Numbered from the whole stretch's first letter, positions 37,006 through 50,414 are shown. The stretch: DNA of 63,893 bases, filler included, from Pelomyxa schiedti (GCA_020536535.1; 5 parts of 5 records of this genome joined end to end with filler, not necessarily neighbours in it); one strand, 5' to 3'. Numbers and translations are program-made. The notes: generated from the sequence alone by a model not told the origin.

Positions 37006-39069
37006 TTAATAGAATGGCTTTGCCCATGAGGGCAGAGGTGTTTCAAAGTCAAAGCACCCCTCACACTTGTAGCTCAGTGCATGTAGCCAGATACAATCAT
37101 CAGGGCTAGGGTCAGGGGGTGGGTTCCTACACTGAGGACACACAGGGTCATAGCCATTAGCTTCAACACTATGTGGTTGCTGTTGCGGGGTTGTTGTGGT
37201 TATTGGGGTGTCTGGGGTGATTATTCCTCTGGCTGTTGGTGTTACTGTTTGTTGGACTGTTGGAGTGCTGGTTGTGGTTGTTGTTGCAGTTGGGAGTGAG
37301 GTGGCTGTTGACTCGGATGACTCGGTCGTTGTTGCCGTGGTTGTGGTGTTTGAGGGGGTGGGTTCCGGAGTAGAATTGGTCTCGGCGGGTGTACCAAATG
37401 GGTCTTCAGAGTCTGGTCCGCATTCATCCATGGCGTGTCCGGCTGGAGGAAGAACGCCGGGAGTTCCTGGAATTCCGGTTAGAATCGGTTTCCACCCAGG
37501 TGGATGGATACCTGAATAGATTGGATCATTGGCAATTGGATGTCCGAGCCACTGGAGATGAACACGAATTTGATGTGTGCGGCCAGTGTGAGGTACACCT
37601 GTTGTACATTAACTCGGGTGCCAAACGAAAGTACGTACATCGGACTAGTGATGTATTGGTCACAGGGTCATATTTTATTCTCTGAAACGAAGTCTTGGCC
37701 GACTTACCACTGGGATGTACCATATTAATCCCAATTCTAAAATGCTGTTGTCTATGAGTGAGCACTAATAAATGATTTACAACGCTAAACCTGAACTAGT
37801 ATAGGTTGATCCACTTCCACAGCTCTAAGCGAGGATGAGGAATTTCTAAAGAGGAGGAAATATCAACTCAGGAAATTCGCCCTTGGCAATTGCCAGATAA
37901 ACTTTGGTGACATTTCGGTCTCGGACTTGTTGTTGGAACTTGGCGGCAAGTTGAGTTGATCTTGCCATAATAACGATTCCTGATGTCAATCTGTCTAGCC
38001 GATAGATTGCTGGAACAGTTAAACTTTCACATCAACGTCCAAAACTTGTCATACTGAAGATAGACTTCAACTTGAACTCCTTGGCCACAATAAACAGTAG
38101 TGAGTTGTGCCTATATCTTCCCGATGGGTGAATCTGGTGTATTTAAGTTCTCAGATGGAATGCGTGCTTCATAACAGTACTGGAATTGAAGCGGGCTTAT
38201 CCACAACAACAAGATCGGCAGTTTGCGCAATAATAACAATGGGTTTGGCGGAAACAGGTGGTTCGTGTCTATGAACAATATGCGAGAACCGATCACATGA
38301 CTTGATTATAGTTTCGCAAGTGATGTTCATATCGTTGATTTTGATATTTCCAGCAGCAATCTGCCTCACCTGCATAGCAAGATAAGTTACATCAATAAGG
38401 GGACCATTAATAAAATTAAATTGACATTTGGGCTAGTTACATAGTAAGTTGAATCGTGACCAATGAATTCTGACTTGAAAACATCGAGGGCAGTGCGTCC
38501 CAGCCACCTATCTTTGGCATTCACAGTGAATGTGTAATAGTATGGCACAACACGGCGGAGTTCTGTGGAATTTAGAGCTATAGTTTTGCAATTCGAAAGT
38601 TGGGAAAGGGGAACCGTTTTCTAGTACGTAGGAAGTTTCAGCAAGGTATGCAGCAGTAATTACCCCCTCCTCTTCTTGTTTCTGTGTATTGTTATTACAG
38701 TCTCTGACATACACAACTCAAAAAACAAACAAACAAACAAACAAAACAAAACAAAACAAAACAAAACAAAACAAAACAAAATAAAACAAAACAAACAATA
38801 ACAACCTTGTGCCTGGCGAGTTGCTTTTGTGCCCGGTTGTGCGCCCGCGCTAGTTGCCTGGCCTCCTGTCTCCGCGCCTTTTTGCTCTTGGGTGCAACTG
38901 CAACTGCGGCGACTCCAACCCCGGTTTCTGTAGTAGTATCGGGCTTGTCCCCCGCGCTACAACCAATTGTGGGAGGGGGCTGGGGGCAAGGTGCATTGCT
39001 CACGCTCGACGAAGAAGGCGGTGACGTTGTCGTCAACTCTACTTGGTCGTTGTCGTGTGGCCGCTTCAT
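37006..39069 (-). CDS. RPUSD2: RluA-family pseudouridine synthase (RPUSD2/RIB2/PUS9 type)
   Basis: [48 protein letters not shown], catalytic [10 protein letters not shown]-terminal CPQC...IWLHALSY....FETPLPSWA. Confidence 0.92.
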
Positions 39070-39950
39070 TCTCTGGAATCAGAACGACACTTTGGTACCG
39101 TCTGATTTCGTATAAGCCCATAATGTTGCTCTGGACCTTGGGCTTGTCACTGTTGCGTTCCACCGCCACCCATTCACTGTCGCGAGATGAGATTGGAATT
39201 GCCGTCTGAAATGCATGTGATTTCCCTCCAACTGTCTGATTCATTTTTATTTCCTAGCCTCTTGAAGCGGCAGATTCCTGCAAGCCAAAAAAAATAAAGA
39301 CGATGACGAAGCACCACAGGCTTTGTGTTGTGTTCCGATAGGAAAGAAGAAACAAATAGAACCCATCTGAACAGTTAGAGGCCATCGCATGAGCCGCGCA
39401 TCGAGGAGGGTGGACTATCGTCCACCCAAGTACGACTTCGACAGTAGCGAAGACGCCGAGACTGCCACCCCTGAAGAGAAGGACGACGATGAGTACGACC
39501 CAACGTCGTCGGAGGCGAGCCGGAGCCGCAGCCCTGGCCGAGGAGGTGCCCCCGCCCCCGCCCTAGCCCTCGCCACACGCGCCGTGTGCACCCCCACCAC
39601 CCCCACCCCACCACCGCCGCGCAGCAGAAGAGCCCACCACCGACGAGGACGGGGCGCCGCAGGAGCCGGGGGACGAAGGGGAAGGGGAAGGGGAAGGGGG
39701 CGGGTGCACGGGCATGGGTGCGGAGGAGAACACGGGCACCAGCGCCGCAGGCGGCGAGGGAGGCCGGGGCGGAGGAGGCGACGAGGAGGAGCAGGAGCAG
39801 CAGCAGGCGCCGGGGGGGGGAGGCTGGGGCCCAAGACGAGAAGGTAGGGGATGCGGGGGATGATGCGGTGGGGGATGCGGGGGAGGATGTGGCGGGGGAG
39901 GGGGAAGTCAAAGGGAAAGGGGACGCCGGTGAGAGGGTGCCGGTCTATGA

Positions 39951-40072
39951 GGGAAGAGAGATGTTGTGAAATTATGCTTTTCTGACCAGAGGTGAGAAAA
40001 TTGTTGTTCTTAACTGTGTTGTGGGGCTGTATGAATGTCAGAAAAGCATAATTTCACAACATCTCTCTTCCC
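39951..40072. repeat. Perfect inverted repeat, 36-bp arms, 50-bp spacer
   Basis: 39951-39986 GGGAAGAGAGATGTTGTGAAATTATGCTTTTCTGAC is the exact reverse complement of 40037-40072. Confidence 0.95.
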
Positions 40073-40595
40073 AAAAAGCAGCTGCTGATGCCACGTAGTT
40101 ATCCTTTCTCTTGTGTTTTGAACTTTTTGCTTGAACCTGTGATATGTAAGACAAAAGTACACAGAAGTTACAACAGAAATTTTGGATAAACTTGATGAGG
40201 AAAGGCTTCAATTGAAGCAGTATGTTGCACTTGCTGAACTTATCAGAAAATGGGGAACAGACTCACTGACATCTTCCCACAAGCTCTGGGGGTCAATTGA
40301 AGAAACTGACAAAAAAAAGCTGCAGGTTGATTGTTGAAAAATGCCACCACTTAAATACAATACAGGATGAAATTGCCTTGGTCAAGAAATGGAGAGAAAC
40401 AGTGCATTCAGAGGAAATTACACAACTGGGTAAACTCACTGAGCTTCTTTCCACAAGGAATTCCAATAGAATGGTTTTTCAAATCAAATTTCAGTATTGT
40501 CTTCAATCCACTGTAGGTTGGGGAATACACCTGGCCAGAATTTCTGCCTGATAATGATTTTACCCCGAAGTCATTGGCCACACTTCTAAGTGAAG

Positions 40596-40751
40596 ACTGG
40601 TGAATGGTGGACATTAACTTAGGGGGTGCAGAATGGATTTGCTTTTCTAGTTGCTTCTTGAGCTTTTCCCTTCCCTTAGAAAAACTCAAGAAGCAACTAG
40701 AAAAGCAAATCCATTCTGCATCCCCCAAGCTAATGTCCACCACTCACCAGT
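40596..40751. repeat. Long palindrome, 73-bp arms, 10-nt loop, 5 mismatches
   Basis: 40596-40668 versus 40679-40751. The ORF track shows near-identical peptides on both strands (MVDI.LG.AEWICFSSCFLSFS). Confidence 0.95.
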
Positions 40752-41006
40752 TGAAACATATGGCTACACAGGCACCAGCTACACATGGGAAACACAACAG
40801 GAGTACTATTGGTCAACAGTCTAAAATGCACGAAGTTGCTTACTGGTTTGCATGCACAACCAAAGCTCTCCTTCACCCATCCAAACCAGTCTCTGATGAT
40901 GATAGTGCTGTCAGTGAGGTGTGTCACAGTGATACTAATGAATTGGCTGATGATTGCAATGATGGGGAAAATGAAGAAGAGTACCAAAATCATGTTGCAG
41001 AAGAGG

Positions 41007-43299
41007 GTTGACATTGGGTATTGGTGCTAAAGGATAGGATAATAGATGTGATTTTATTATTTTTTGATCGTGGAAAGAAGTGAATGTTGTGTGTGTTGCT
41101 CGCGCTTATAAGCCTGCACATGGAAGGTGTAATTCAGTGTGGAAGGTTCAAGTCACGCTTCTCCAGGTGTGTGTATATGCAAATCAGCTGAGGTGCAGTC
41201 AGTGGATGTCTGGTGAACTTCTCAATGTGGGAGGGAGTAGGCTTTCCTACTTAGGGGGTAGTCCCACCCTGGGCAGTGCCCATGTTCTCCCTCCTCTTTG
41301 AGACGGAGAGCCCCTCTGCCCCTTTTCCATTCCTCAATCAGCTCTGAGCAGCCCATGCAGTTCTTCTCCTTTTCCCAAGTATTGTCTGAGGGTTTCTCGT
41401 CCCAGTCATCTTTACTTTCCTTGTCCACAAAGATCCAGAGCATGTCTTTCATCATTCTGTTGAACTGCTCTGTCTTTCCAACTGTTTGGGGGTGATAGGG
41501 TGTGGACTTCTTGTGGTTGATGTTCCAGCATCAGCAGATGTCTTCCATTACTTCATTGACGAAGTGGGAGCCGCAGTTGCTGATGAGTGTTGTCGGTACC
41601 CCACAGGTGCATTACCATCTCCTGGCTAACATCCTCACAGTGGTCTTGGTGTTGGCCGACTTGGTGGCCTTAAGCTCCACATCCCTGAAAATTGATTGAT
41701 CATGGCAACTAAGATGTATCTCTTGCCCTTCTTCGTGACCACTGGCAGTGGGCTGACGTCTGACATGTGGCCAGTGAATATGCTGTCGTGGTTGTCTCTG
41801 ATCACTGCCTCCTGGGTCTCAAGTGGCACACAAGTGCTTGACACAGCTTGATCTTCTTCTTGACAGCATTTATGTGGAAGAGAACACCATCCCTGACCAC
41901 AAACTCGTTCCTATGCAAGCCTCTAAGTTTTGTTGGCAGTAACTCGTTCCTAGTCAACCAGGCCTGGATTGCACAACAATCCCCATCCCTCTCCTGCATA
42001 GCCTGCCATCCTTCCAACCCAGTCCCCAGCGTGCCAGACCATGCAGCCAATACTTCTCCCACTGCTCCAGCCCTGCTGGCCAGCTCGATGATGTGTTCCA
42101 CACCCCTAGCATCATTTTGTACTAGTGCAGCACCCATACCCAAAGCCGACGCATCTGTGGATGACGAGCTTGAAGCCAGAATTGTAGTCTGGATACTCCA
42201 GCAGCAACTGCTTAGCAATCAGCTCTTTGATCGTTCTAAAGGCTCAAAAGGATGCCAGATCAGGGATGAACTTGCTGTAGTAGTTGGCGATGTTGACAAA
42301 GGTCCCCAAATCCCCCTTCCACTGGGTAGGTGCCTTCCAGTCAGTCAAGACCGTGATCGTCCTTTGTCCATTTGGATGCCCTTCTCTGATACTGTATGTC
42401 CCAGGTAACTGACAGAGTGGTGGAAAAACTTGCACTTGCTGGCCTTGGCCTTGAGGTTTGCTCCACGCAATCTTGTGAGAACCTCCCAAATATTCTGGAT
42501 GTGCTCCTCAAAGGAATGCCCCATGATTATGATATCATCAATGTATACCAGACAGATCTTCCCAATCAAACCCTTGAGGCACTTGTCCATCAGCTGCTGG
42601 AAAGTTTGGGATGCGTTAGCCATGCCAAACTGCATCACTTTCATTGTGAACTGCCCTTGCTTACAGACGAACCCTGTCTTGTGGATGTCCTCTTTTGAAA
42701 TGGGCACCTGCCAGAAACCGCTCATCATGTCTAGTGTGCTGAACGCTCAATTCCTGCAGAGTCTCGAAAACGTTGGGAAGTGGGTAATTGTCCTTAAGGG
42801 TTTCCTTATTGGTACATAACCTCATACTCCCATCCTTCTTCTGAGAGATGGACAGTGGTGCCACCCACTCGCTCTTCCCAGGTGCTATCACGTCAATCCT
42901 GAGCATCTCCTGTATCTCCTTCCCTATCACGACCTCTTCCTTTGGTGTGAACTTCTTCCCAGGCCTTGCTGCTGCCTTGCATACTTTAGTGGGTATGTGG
43001 TGTTCCATGAGGGTAGTCCTCCCCAGCTTTGTGCGGTCATTGGTAAGGATGTCTTGCAATGCCCTCCCTCTGCCTTGGAGTAAGATTTTCCCACTGGACT
43101 TCGGCTGAGTTCCACCCTTCTTTTCCTTTTTTTGGTGGCTGTTCCCCTCTGGGTTGCGCGCTTCCAATACTGGCATCACCACATGGCCTTCTTGTCATCC
43201 CACTCCTTCTCCTTCTTGGTGTCCCGGAAAGCATATAGCCATTTCAACAGCTTCCCTGTCGGGAGTAGTGCAGGGTCACCTGAGTAATAGACAGACTTT
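41007..43299 (-). mobile_element. Degenerate Ty3/Gypsy LTR retrotransposon (RT, RNase H, integrase remnants, PPT, putative 3' LTR)
   Basis: SGFWQVPI..EDIHKTGF, MQFGMANA, LVYIDDIII, TDASALGMGAALVQ; many frameshifts. Purine tract at about 41286-41299 (minus strand), followed by about 280 bp with TATAA and AATAAA. Confidence 0.88.
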
Positions 43300-43399
43300 N
43301 NNNNNNNNNNNNNNNNNNNNNNNNNNNNNNNNNNNNNNNNNNNTTAATTAATTAANNNNNNNNNNNNNNNNNNNNNNNNNNNNNNNNNNNNNNNNNNNN

Positions 43400-44761
43400 A
43401 GTGACAGCACAATGATGTTTTCTGAGTTGGTTGGTAAGTAGTTGTTTGTGAGAAGACCGACTGTCACCTGGTGTAAGTTTACCATGGGCAATGGGAGGTT
43501 TGTGGCCATGAAAGCTTTTCAATCCCATCACAACATCTTGGAGAATCTTCAGCCTCAGGCTGATTGGGAGAACTTGGTCAAGCACAGACGTGGTTCCATT
43601 CCCTTTTTCAATGAGCAAACTCAGTAGATCACCCAATGCAATGTTGATGATTGGATTTGATAGTGACAGGAATGTGGGTGTTGGTGCTGGTGTTGGCGAT
43701 TTTGATGCAAATTCAGTGGCAGCTTGGTGAAGTTCCACAATGTCAGGAGCCATCCTGTCAATATCCACTGCCCCACTTCTGTTTCTGCAGGTCAGCTGTT
43801 CCACTCCATTTTTAACAGCATTGAAAATCTTGTCTCTGGTGAAGCAAGACAAGGTTGGTGGGAATGCTGTGGGTCTATCAGAGTGGAACCATTTCTCTGG
43901 ACAAGAGTCCCAATACTTCAAGCAGGCAGTACAGGGGAAGAGCTCAACAGTAGCAGGGAGATAAGACCCACTTTTTTCCTCAAACCGTGCATAGACGGAC
44001 TTGCCAAGGTCAGAAAAGGTGCTCATAAGGTTAGCCCAGAGGTCTGCTCGTTTCTTAAGGGGCCAGCAATCTGCATTATCACATTCTTCTTGCATGTAGA
44101 GGGAAACAATGGCATCTTGACAGGTAATGAACAAATGGGCTTTCCTACTGTGTGAGCAGCTGTGTGCCAGTAAAAAGGCGCCCTCTCGCCGACACTCTAG
44201 TGTCCACCCCCAGAATATGAGGGACCATAAAGTCGACATGGCCTTTACGAAAAGTTCCTGTGGAAACACAGGGAACTTGAGTAATCTCCCAGTCACAGAA
44301 GTCGGGGCAGTATGGCCAGTGGCCTTAAATTCTTCAAGTTTTCCACAAGTCTGAGAAGGAATGGGGAGAAAGGATAGGCATCCATATGTGTTAAACACAG
44401 ATTGCTCAGGTTGCCTGTAAGACTGATGATCTGCAATTTCCCGCAGAGCCAAGGCCAAAGGAGGGGTCAAATCGTGGAAAAAAACTTTTCTTCCTGAAAG
44501 AAACCAGTTGTAATGCACAGTCAGTGCAAGCCAGAAGGATCGAGGTTCCAGAATCACCAAGTTATGGAGCTCTGTTCTGTACCATGATGGGTACCTGAAA
44601 TGAACAATGGTCCCAATGTCTGCCAAGAACATCGCACATTGATCAATCTCCTGTGGCCTTGTTGGCCTTTGTGGAATACCACAGCTCTTTGCCATCTCCA
44701 CAAACTCCTTCCAGATCAGTGAGGTGGTTTTCCCTTTGGCCCTCCTTTTGGTTATTACCCA
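43400..44761 (-). CDS. Roco-family (COR plus kinase-like) fragment
   Basis: AMFLADIGTIVHF...LVILEP and RLLKFPVFPQELF are COR-like; LRLKILQDVVMGLKSFHGHKPPIAHGKLTPG is a TKL subdomain VI remnant. Confidence 0.65.
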
Positions 44762-44861
44762 NNNNNNNNNNNNNNNNNNNNNNNNNNNNNNNNNNNNNNN
44801 NNNNNTTAATTAATTAANNNNNNNNNNNNNNNNNNNNNNNNNNNNNNNNNNNNNNNNNNNN

Positions 44862-46899
44862 CAATGTTGGCCGTGACACATACCATAATTTGTTGTTTCA
44901 TTGCGGCAGTGTGTTGGTCAATGTGCAATGAAACTTGGTCCAGCTCCAGTTGAGTCCTCTCCGAGTCCCACACCAACGTGGTAGTCGTGGCGGGCGTACC
45001 ACTGCGACCCATAATGCCCGTGCCTCCTCCGTGGACCCCGGCCTCGTTGCTGCTGTTGTCATCGGTTTCGCTGCCTATGTCGGGTGTGTACGACCCATGT
45101 CCCAGCTGCGACCGGCTCATTCCAAAAAATTTTACTCTCGAAAGCTTCGGATACACTAAGATGCACCTGGCTGAATAAAAAAAACACCAGACCGGCGATC
45201 CTGAGCGATGATAAGGAATTTTTTTTGCCCAAAAGTGCCTTGGTCCAGAAAAAAAAAAATCTGGTCCAGAAAAATAATTCTTTTTTTCTGTGAAATAAAC
45301 ACACACAGATTTTCGTTTTTTGGACCAAAAACCCCCTAGTGTGAGTCCCAAGAATGTATTACCCAAATCCGTGTTTGGAGGGATCCAAAGTGGTTGTCAA
45401 GAATCCACAAATTTCTAACAGTTTTGGATTGCAAATAAACTCTGTGAGGCTGCTGTGAAGGGATAATGGACGCCTTCCAATCTCTATCTAGGGAGTGAGC
45501 CTGTTGCATGCAGGAGCAAGAAGAGGCACTTGTACCCCCTAAGTAATCACAATAACACATGACTGGCACATGGTCTTCATGTCAAAGTCTGTTTGTGGGA
45601 TTAGGAAACAAAAGATATAATTACATTAATGTAATTGTTATATATTTGTTATATTAATGCTGGCACCAGTCTACACCAAAATGTGTGTGGGCCCGTAAGT
45701 ATATCCTATTATGGATGAGTGGGATACAACCACAAAGGGAGAGGATTTACTTTGGCGGCAGTATTCTCAGCTGGCAAGTCCACCACCTTTTACAGGTGAA
45801 ACGAAAAAAAACCTGAAAACCAGTAAATGCACTCGTGGCCCACACCCATAGCACCAGTCGCCGTACTATTCGTCCCCCCGTGTGCCACACCCTCGCGGCG
45901 TCGGTACAGGCGGCACCACCCGGGNNNNNNNNNNNNNNNNNNNNNNNNNNNNNNNNNNNNNNNNNNNNNNNNNNNNNNNNNNNNNNNNNNNNNNNNNNNN
46001 NNNNNNNNNNNNNNNNNNNNNNNNCAATGTTGGCCGTGACACATACCATAATTTGTTGTTTCATTGCGGCAGTGTGTTGGTCAATGTGCAATGAAACTTG
46101 GTCCAGCTCCAGTTGAGTCCTCTCCGAGTCCCACACCAACGTGGTGGTCGTGGCGGGAGTACCACTGCGACCCATAATGCCCGTGCCTCCTCCTCCGTGG
46201 ACCCCGGCCTCGTTGCTGCTGTTGTCATCGGTTTCGCTGCCGATGTCGGGTGTGTACGACCCATGTCCCAGCTGCGACCGGCTCATTCCAAAAAATTTTA
46301 CTCTCGAAAGCTTCGGATACACTAAGATGCACTTGACACAGTGTGGGAAGAATGTATTCAAATCCGTGTTTGGACACCTTGGAGGGATCCAAAGTGGTTG
46401 TCAAGAACCACAAATTTCTAACAGTTTTGGATTGCAAATAAACTGTGTGGGCTGCTGTGAAGGGATAATGGACGCCTTGTAATCTCTATCTAGGGAGTGA
46501 GCCTGTTGCATGCAGGAGCAAGAAGAGGCCTCATGACTGGCACATGGTCTTCATGTCAAAGTCTGCTTGTGGAATTAGGAAACAAAAGATATAATTACAT
46601 TAATGTAATTGTTATATATTTGTTATATTAATGCTGGCACCAGTCTACACCAAAATGTGTGTGGGCCCGTAAGTGTATCCTATTATGGATGAGTGGGATA
46701 CAACCACAAAGGGAGAGGATTTACTTTGGCGGCAGTAATCTCAGCTGGCAAGTCCACCACCTTTTACAGGGGAAACGAAAAAAAAACCTGAAAACCAGTA
46801 AATGCACTCGTGGCCCACACCCATAGCACCAGTCGCCGTACTATTCGTCCCCCCGTGTGCCACACCCTCGCGGCGTCGGTACAGGCGGCACCACCCGGG
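44862..46899. repeat. Tandem duplication (44862-45924 versus 46025-46899) containing the first exon of an unknown minus-strand gene and the region upstream of the kinase
   Basis: Near-identical sequence with SNPs and indels; both copies encode MSRSQLGHGSYTPDIGSETDD...MKQQIM; copy 2 lacks about 45170-45345. Confidence 0.92.
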
Positions 46900-47060
46900 T
46901 AGTCGTGCCTTGGGTTGCACATGCACAAAGGATAATAACTTTGGTGTGGTTAGGCTTTCCCTGCCGTTCACCCAATTCACCTCGGCACCGAAAAACACAC
47001 GAGGTTCGCATCACCCCCCCCAGCCAACAACAGCCTACCAACCCATAATCATCGCGACTG

Positions 47061-48725
47061 ATGACAACGCCGATGTCAGAGGATCAACGCGAGGCCATGA
47101 TTGATGCGTGCCGGCGTGGCGAAATGCCCCAATTGCCATCGCCCACATGGGACATCAACACCCCCATCGACGATAGTGGTTCCACCATGCTTCACCATGC
47201 ATGCAATTATGGACATGTGTCGGTTGTTGGGCAGCTCCTTGGCGTGGTGGGTGCATCACGCAACCCCCCAATCGACCCAAACAAAACAGACAACTTGACA
47301 GGTAGAACCCCACTGTGTCTCGCTGCTGGAGAGGGCAGGGAAGCAGTGGTGAGGGTGTTGGTGGCGAGGCCTGATGTGGATGTGAACAAGGCGTGCCCAC
47401 TGGCCATCGCATGTTATTATCACCACATGGGTGCTGTGGTGGCGTTGCTTGAGTGCCCACGTGTGGACGTCAACTTGGTGTCTCTTGATGGCCAGACGGC
47501 ACTGCACGTGGCTTGTGAAGAGGGATTTGTGGAAGGGGTGAAGGCTCTGCTCCAAGTCAATGGAATTGACACAAACTGCAAAAACAGACGAGCTGAAACA
47601 CCGCTTGATGTGGCAACAAGAAAGAATCGGACTGTTATCTGCAACCTATTGAGGGCTGACAATGCAAGAATTGTTCAATCCTTTCCTCAAAGTAGCAACC
47701 CTCCAAATCAGTTACCCTCTCACACTTTCCTTTTCTTGGATGTTCACACAAAAGAAATCACAGAAGAACTGAATGCGCGAATCACACAATTGGAGGAAGA
47801 AAACGCAAAGAACCTGAAGGTTCTCCATGATGAAAGAGTGGTTATCATCTGGACCAACAATGAAAATGACTTGTTGTGTTGGCTCAACTCCAAACTTCCT
47901 TGAGATGAGGATCTTCACAACCTGCGTTGGTGTGTGTTTTCCCACAGCATCACCCACAGAGAAATTTGGGTGGGAGGAACGTACCATTTGAAGAGGACAG
48001 GAGGCACACACAATTTCATCAAAAGGGGCATGGTCCTCAAATACAATCCTGATTTGTGAGCGTTTGCAGTGGTTGGTTTTGTTGTTGTTGTTTTCAGGGA
48101 GCAGAATGTTGCACCACGTGCCTTCTCCTTGTTCAACATGTGACATCATGTGATTCATGTCTGCATTGAAGTTGGAGTTGGATCGTATGGAACTGTTTTC
48201 AAGTGCATCCTCTTCCTTCACAACAACAAAACAGCAGCGGCAACATCTTCATCCTCCTCCTCAACATCACCAGAAACAACAATGACCACAACAACATTTG
48301 TGGCAGTGAAATCACTTCACGAAAGCATAAAATCTGAGTTCAACGTCACCAGGTTTCAGCAAGAAGCTCTGGTGAGTGTGTGAGCTGTGTTGCTGATGAT
48401 GTTGTGTGACACACACACCAACCCCCTTCGCACCACAGATTTCATCAAGCTTGAGGCATCCAAACATTGTGAGATGCCTTGGAACGTGCATCACGAGCAC
48501 TGGATCACTCTGGATTGTCTCTGAACTCATGGAAATGAGCCTCAGGCAGCTCCTTCATCATGTTTGTTTTACATTTTCTTCTTCTTCTTTTGACACTGAC
48601 ACAAAACACACAACACACACCAGAAAAGTTTGACATTTGTGGAAGTTGTTGCAGTGTCTTCAGGAATTGCCAAAGGAATGACTGCACTTCACATGTTTGT
48701 GATTTCACCTTGCCTCTTTTTCAAA
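47061..48725 (+). CDS. Ankyrin-repeat, coiled-coil, TKL-type protein kinase (3'-truncated by scaffold end)
   Basis: TMLHHAC, TPLCLAA, TALHVAC, TPLDVA ankyrin repeats; EVGVGSYGTVFKC, VAVKSLH, LRHPNIVRCLG, LWIVSELM, IAKGMTALH. Confidence 0.88.
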
Positions 48726-48825
48726 NNNNNNNNNNNNNNNNNNNNNNNNNNNNNNNNNNNNNNNNNNNNTTAATTAATTAANNNNNNNNNNNNNNNNNNN
48801 NNNNNNNNNNNNNNNNNNNNNNNNN

Positions 48826-50414
48826 CATCACTAAGCCCATGGGCAGCACCAGTTGTACTAGTCAAGAAACCAGATGGAAGCATGCGGTTCTGTATTGACT
48901 ATCGAGCATTGAACTCTGTGACAACCAAGATGGCTTATCCTATGCCGAGGATAGACGAGATGCTAGACAATCTTGGCGGGAACACTCTGTTCACAGGGTT
49001 AGACTTAAAGTCAGGATATTGGCAAGTAGACCTCACTGATGATGCCAAAGCCAAGTCCGCTTTCAGAACTAGATCAGGGTTGTACCAATTCCAAGTTATG
49101 CCCTTTGGGTTGGTCAATGTAGTCCTAGCCGGATTCATGCCACTTCATGCTATGGTTTACATCGACGATGTAGTAATATTCTCGCGAGGATCCTTTGAAG
49201 ATCACATGGGCTGGGTTGATAAGATCCTAACTGCTATCGAGAATGCTGGACTCCAGATCAACCTGAGCAAATGTCAGTTCGCCAAGAAAGAACTAAAGTA
49301 CTTGGGTCACATTGTCAATCAAGAAGGAGTAAGGCCAGACCCAGGTAAAGTGAGCTCTGTACGTGACATCAAGCAACCTACATCTATAAACGAGATCAGA
49401 AGTTTCCTAAAGAGTTCAGACTCGAAACTGATGCCTCTGACAATGTCCTAGCAGCAACGTTAACTCAATTGGATGCAGAAGGGAAAGTAGTACCGATTGT
49501 GTATCTCAGTCGACGCATGAAGGATGCAGAGACAAGATATCTTTATCATTACAGAGAAGGAAGCACTAGCAGCTGTTTGGGCTGTAGAGAAGTTAGAATG
49601 TTATCTATGGGGAAAACATTTTACCTTGTTGACTGACGCGACCGCAGTAGCTAGAATGCAGATGGCAGAGGGCAAGTCCAGAATGAGCCGTTGGGCATTG
49701 ACCTTACAAGAGTATGACTATACCATTGAACATAGACCTGGGAACACCAACATCTCTGATGGTCTAACGAGGGTAAGTCATGAGGAAGAACCTATGAAAG
49801 ATACAACTGGCAACAGTACATACCACATGGTCATGTAGCACCTGTGCATGCAGAAGAAGAACTGCCGGACTTCACACAAGCACAGAAGGATGACAAGAAC
49901 TATGCGGATGTGTGGAAAGCTTGCATTGGTGAGAGCCTTGAGCACTTATCACCAGAGAAGCTAGCCGAGATTGAAGCCAAGAGTGCGTGGTATACTATCG
50001 AAGATAACAAACTCTACCACTTGGAGAAACCTGTGAAGAATAAGAAGGCAGCACGGAACAAGAAACTCTGTGTACCTGAGCCGTGGAAAACAAATATCCT
50101 AAGCCACTACCATGATTATATCCAAGGAGGAGGTCACTTTGGTAACTTCAAGACATTCACTTCAGTAGTACGCAAGTATTGGTGGCCAAAGATGTATGAA
50201 GACATCCAAGAGTGGGTAGCAACCTGTCCAGTATGTCAGCAATATCGCAAAGCAGTACCAGGATACATACCAAAGTCCATCTTCGCCAAGTATCCAAACG
50301 ACATTGTTGCCATGGATCTATGGGGACCAAGTCCACAGTCGAAAAAGGGTAGAACAATGGGACTTGTAATGGTAGACCTCTACAGTAAAGTAGTACGCCT
50401 GAAGGCACTGAAAG
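48826..50414 (+). mobile_element. Ty3/Gypsy pol fragment (copy 1, internally deleted)
   Basis: RFCIDYRALN, LDLKSGYWQ, YIDD, RNase H and integrase HHCC; near-identical to 57240-58686. Confidence 0.95.

Larger units (their letters stand above)
39389..41005 (+). pseudogene. Decayed gene of unknown family (acidic/GC-rich 5' exon, broken downstream ORFs)
   Basis: MSRASRRVDYRPPKYDFDSSED...DDDEYDPTSS then an apparent frameshift into GK repeats; downstream ORFs are short and interrupted by palindromes. Confidence 0.35.

Noticed and set aside
38720-38800. (AAAC)n/(AAAAC)n tract, and (GGTTTT)n at about 17745-17787, resembling telomeric or CRISPR-like arrays
   Set aside because: Short intronic or intergenic microsatellites without spacers.
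44880-45119. TQLELDQVSLHIDQHTAAMKQQI as a synaptobrevin/R-SNARE start
   Set aside because: Only a weak heptad resemblance and the exon is cut by a gap.
45615-45645. AT-rich palindrome ATAATTACATTAATGTAATTGT (also about 46590)
   Set aside because: Short, AT-rich, and repeated only because of the local duplication.
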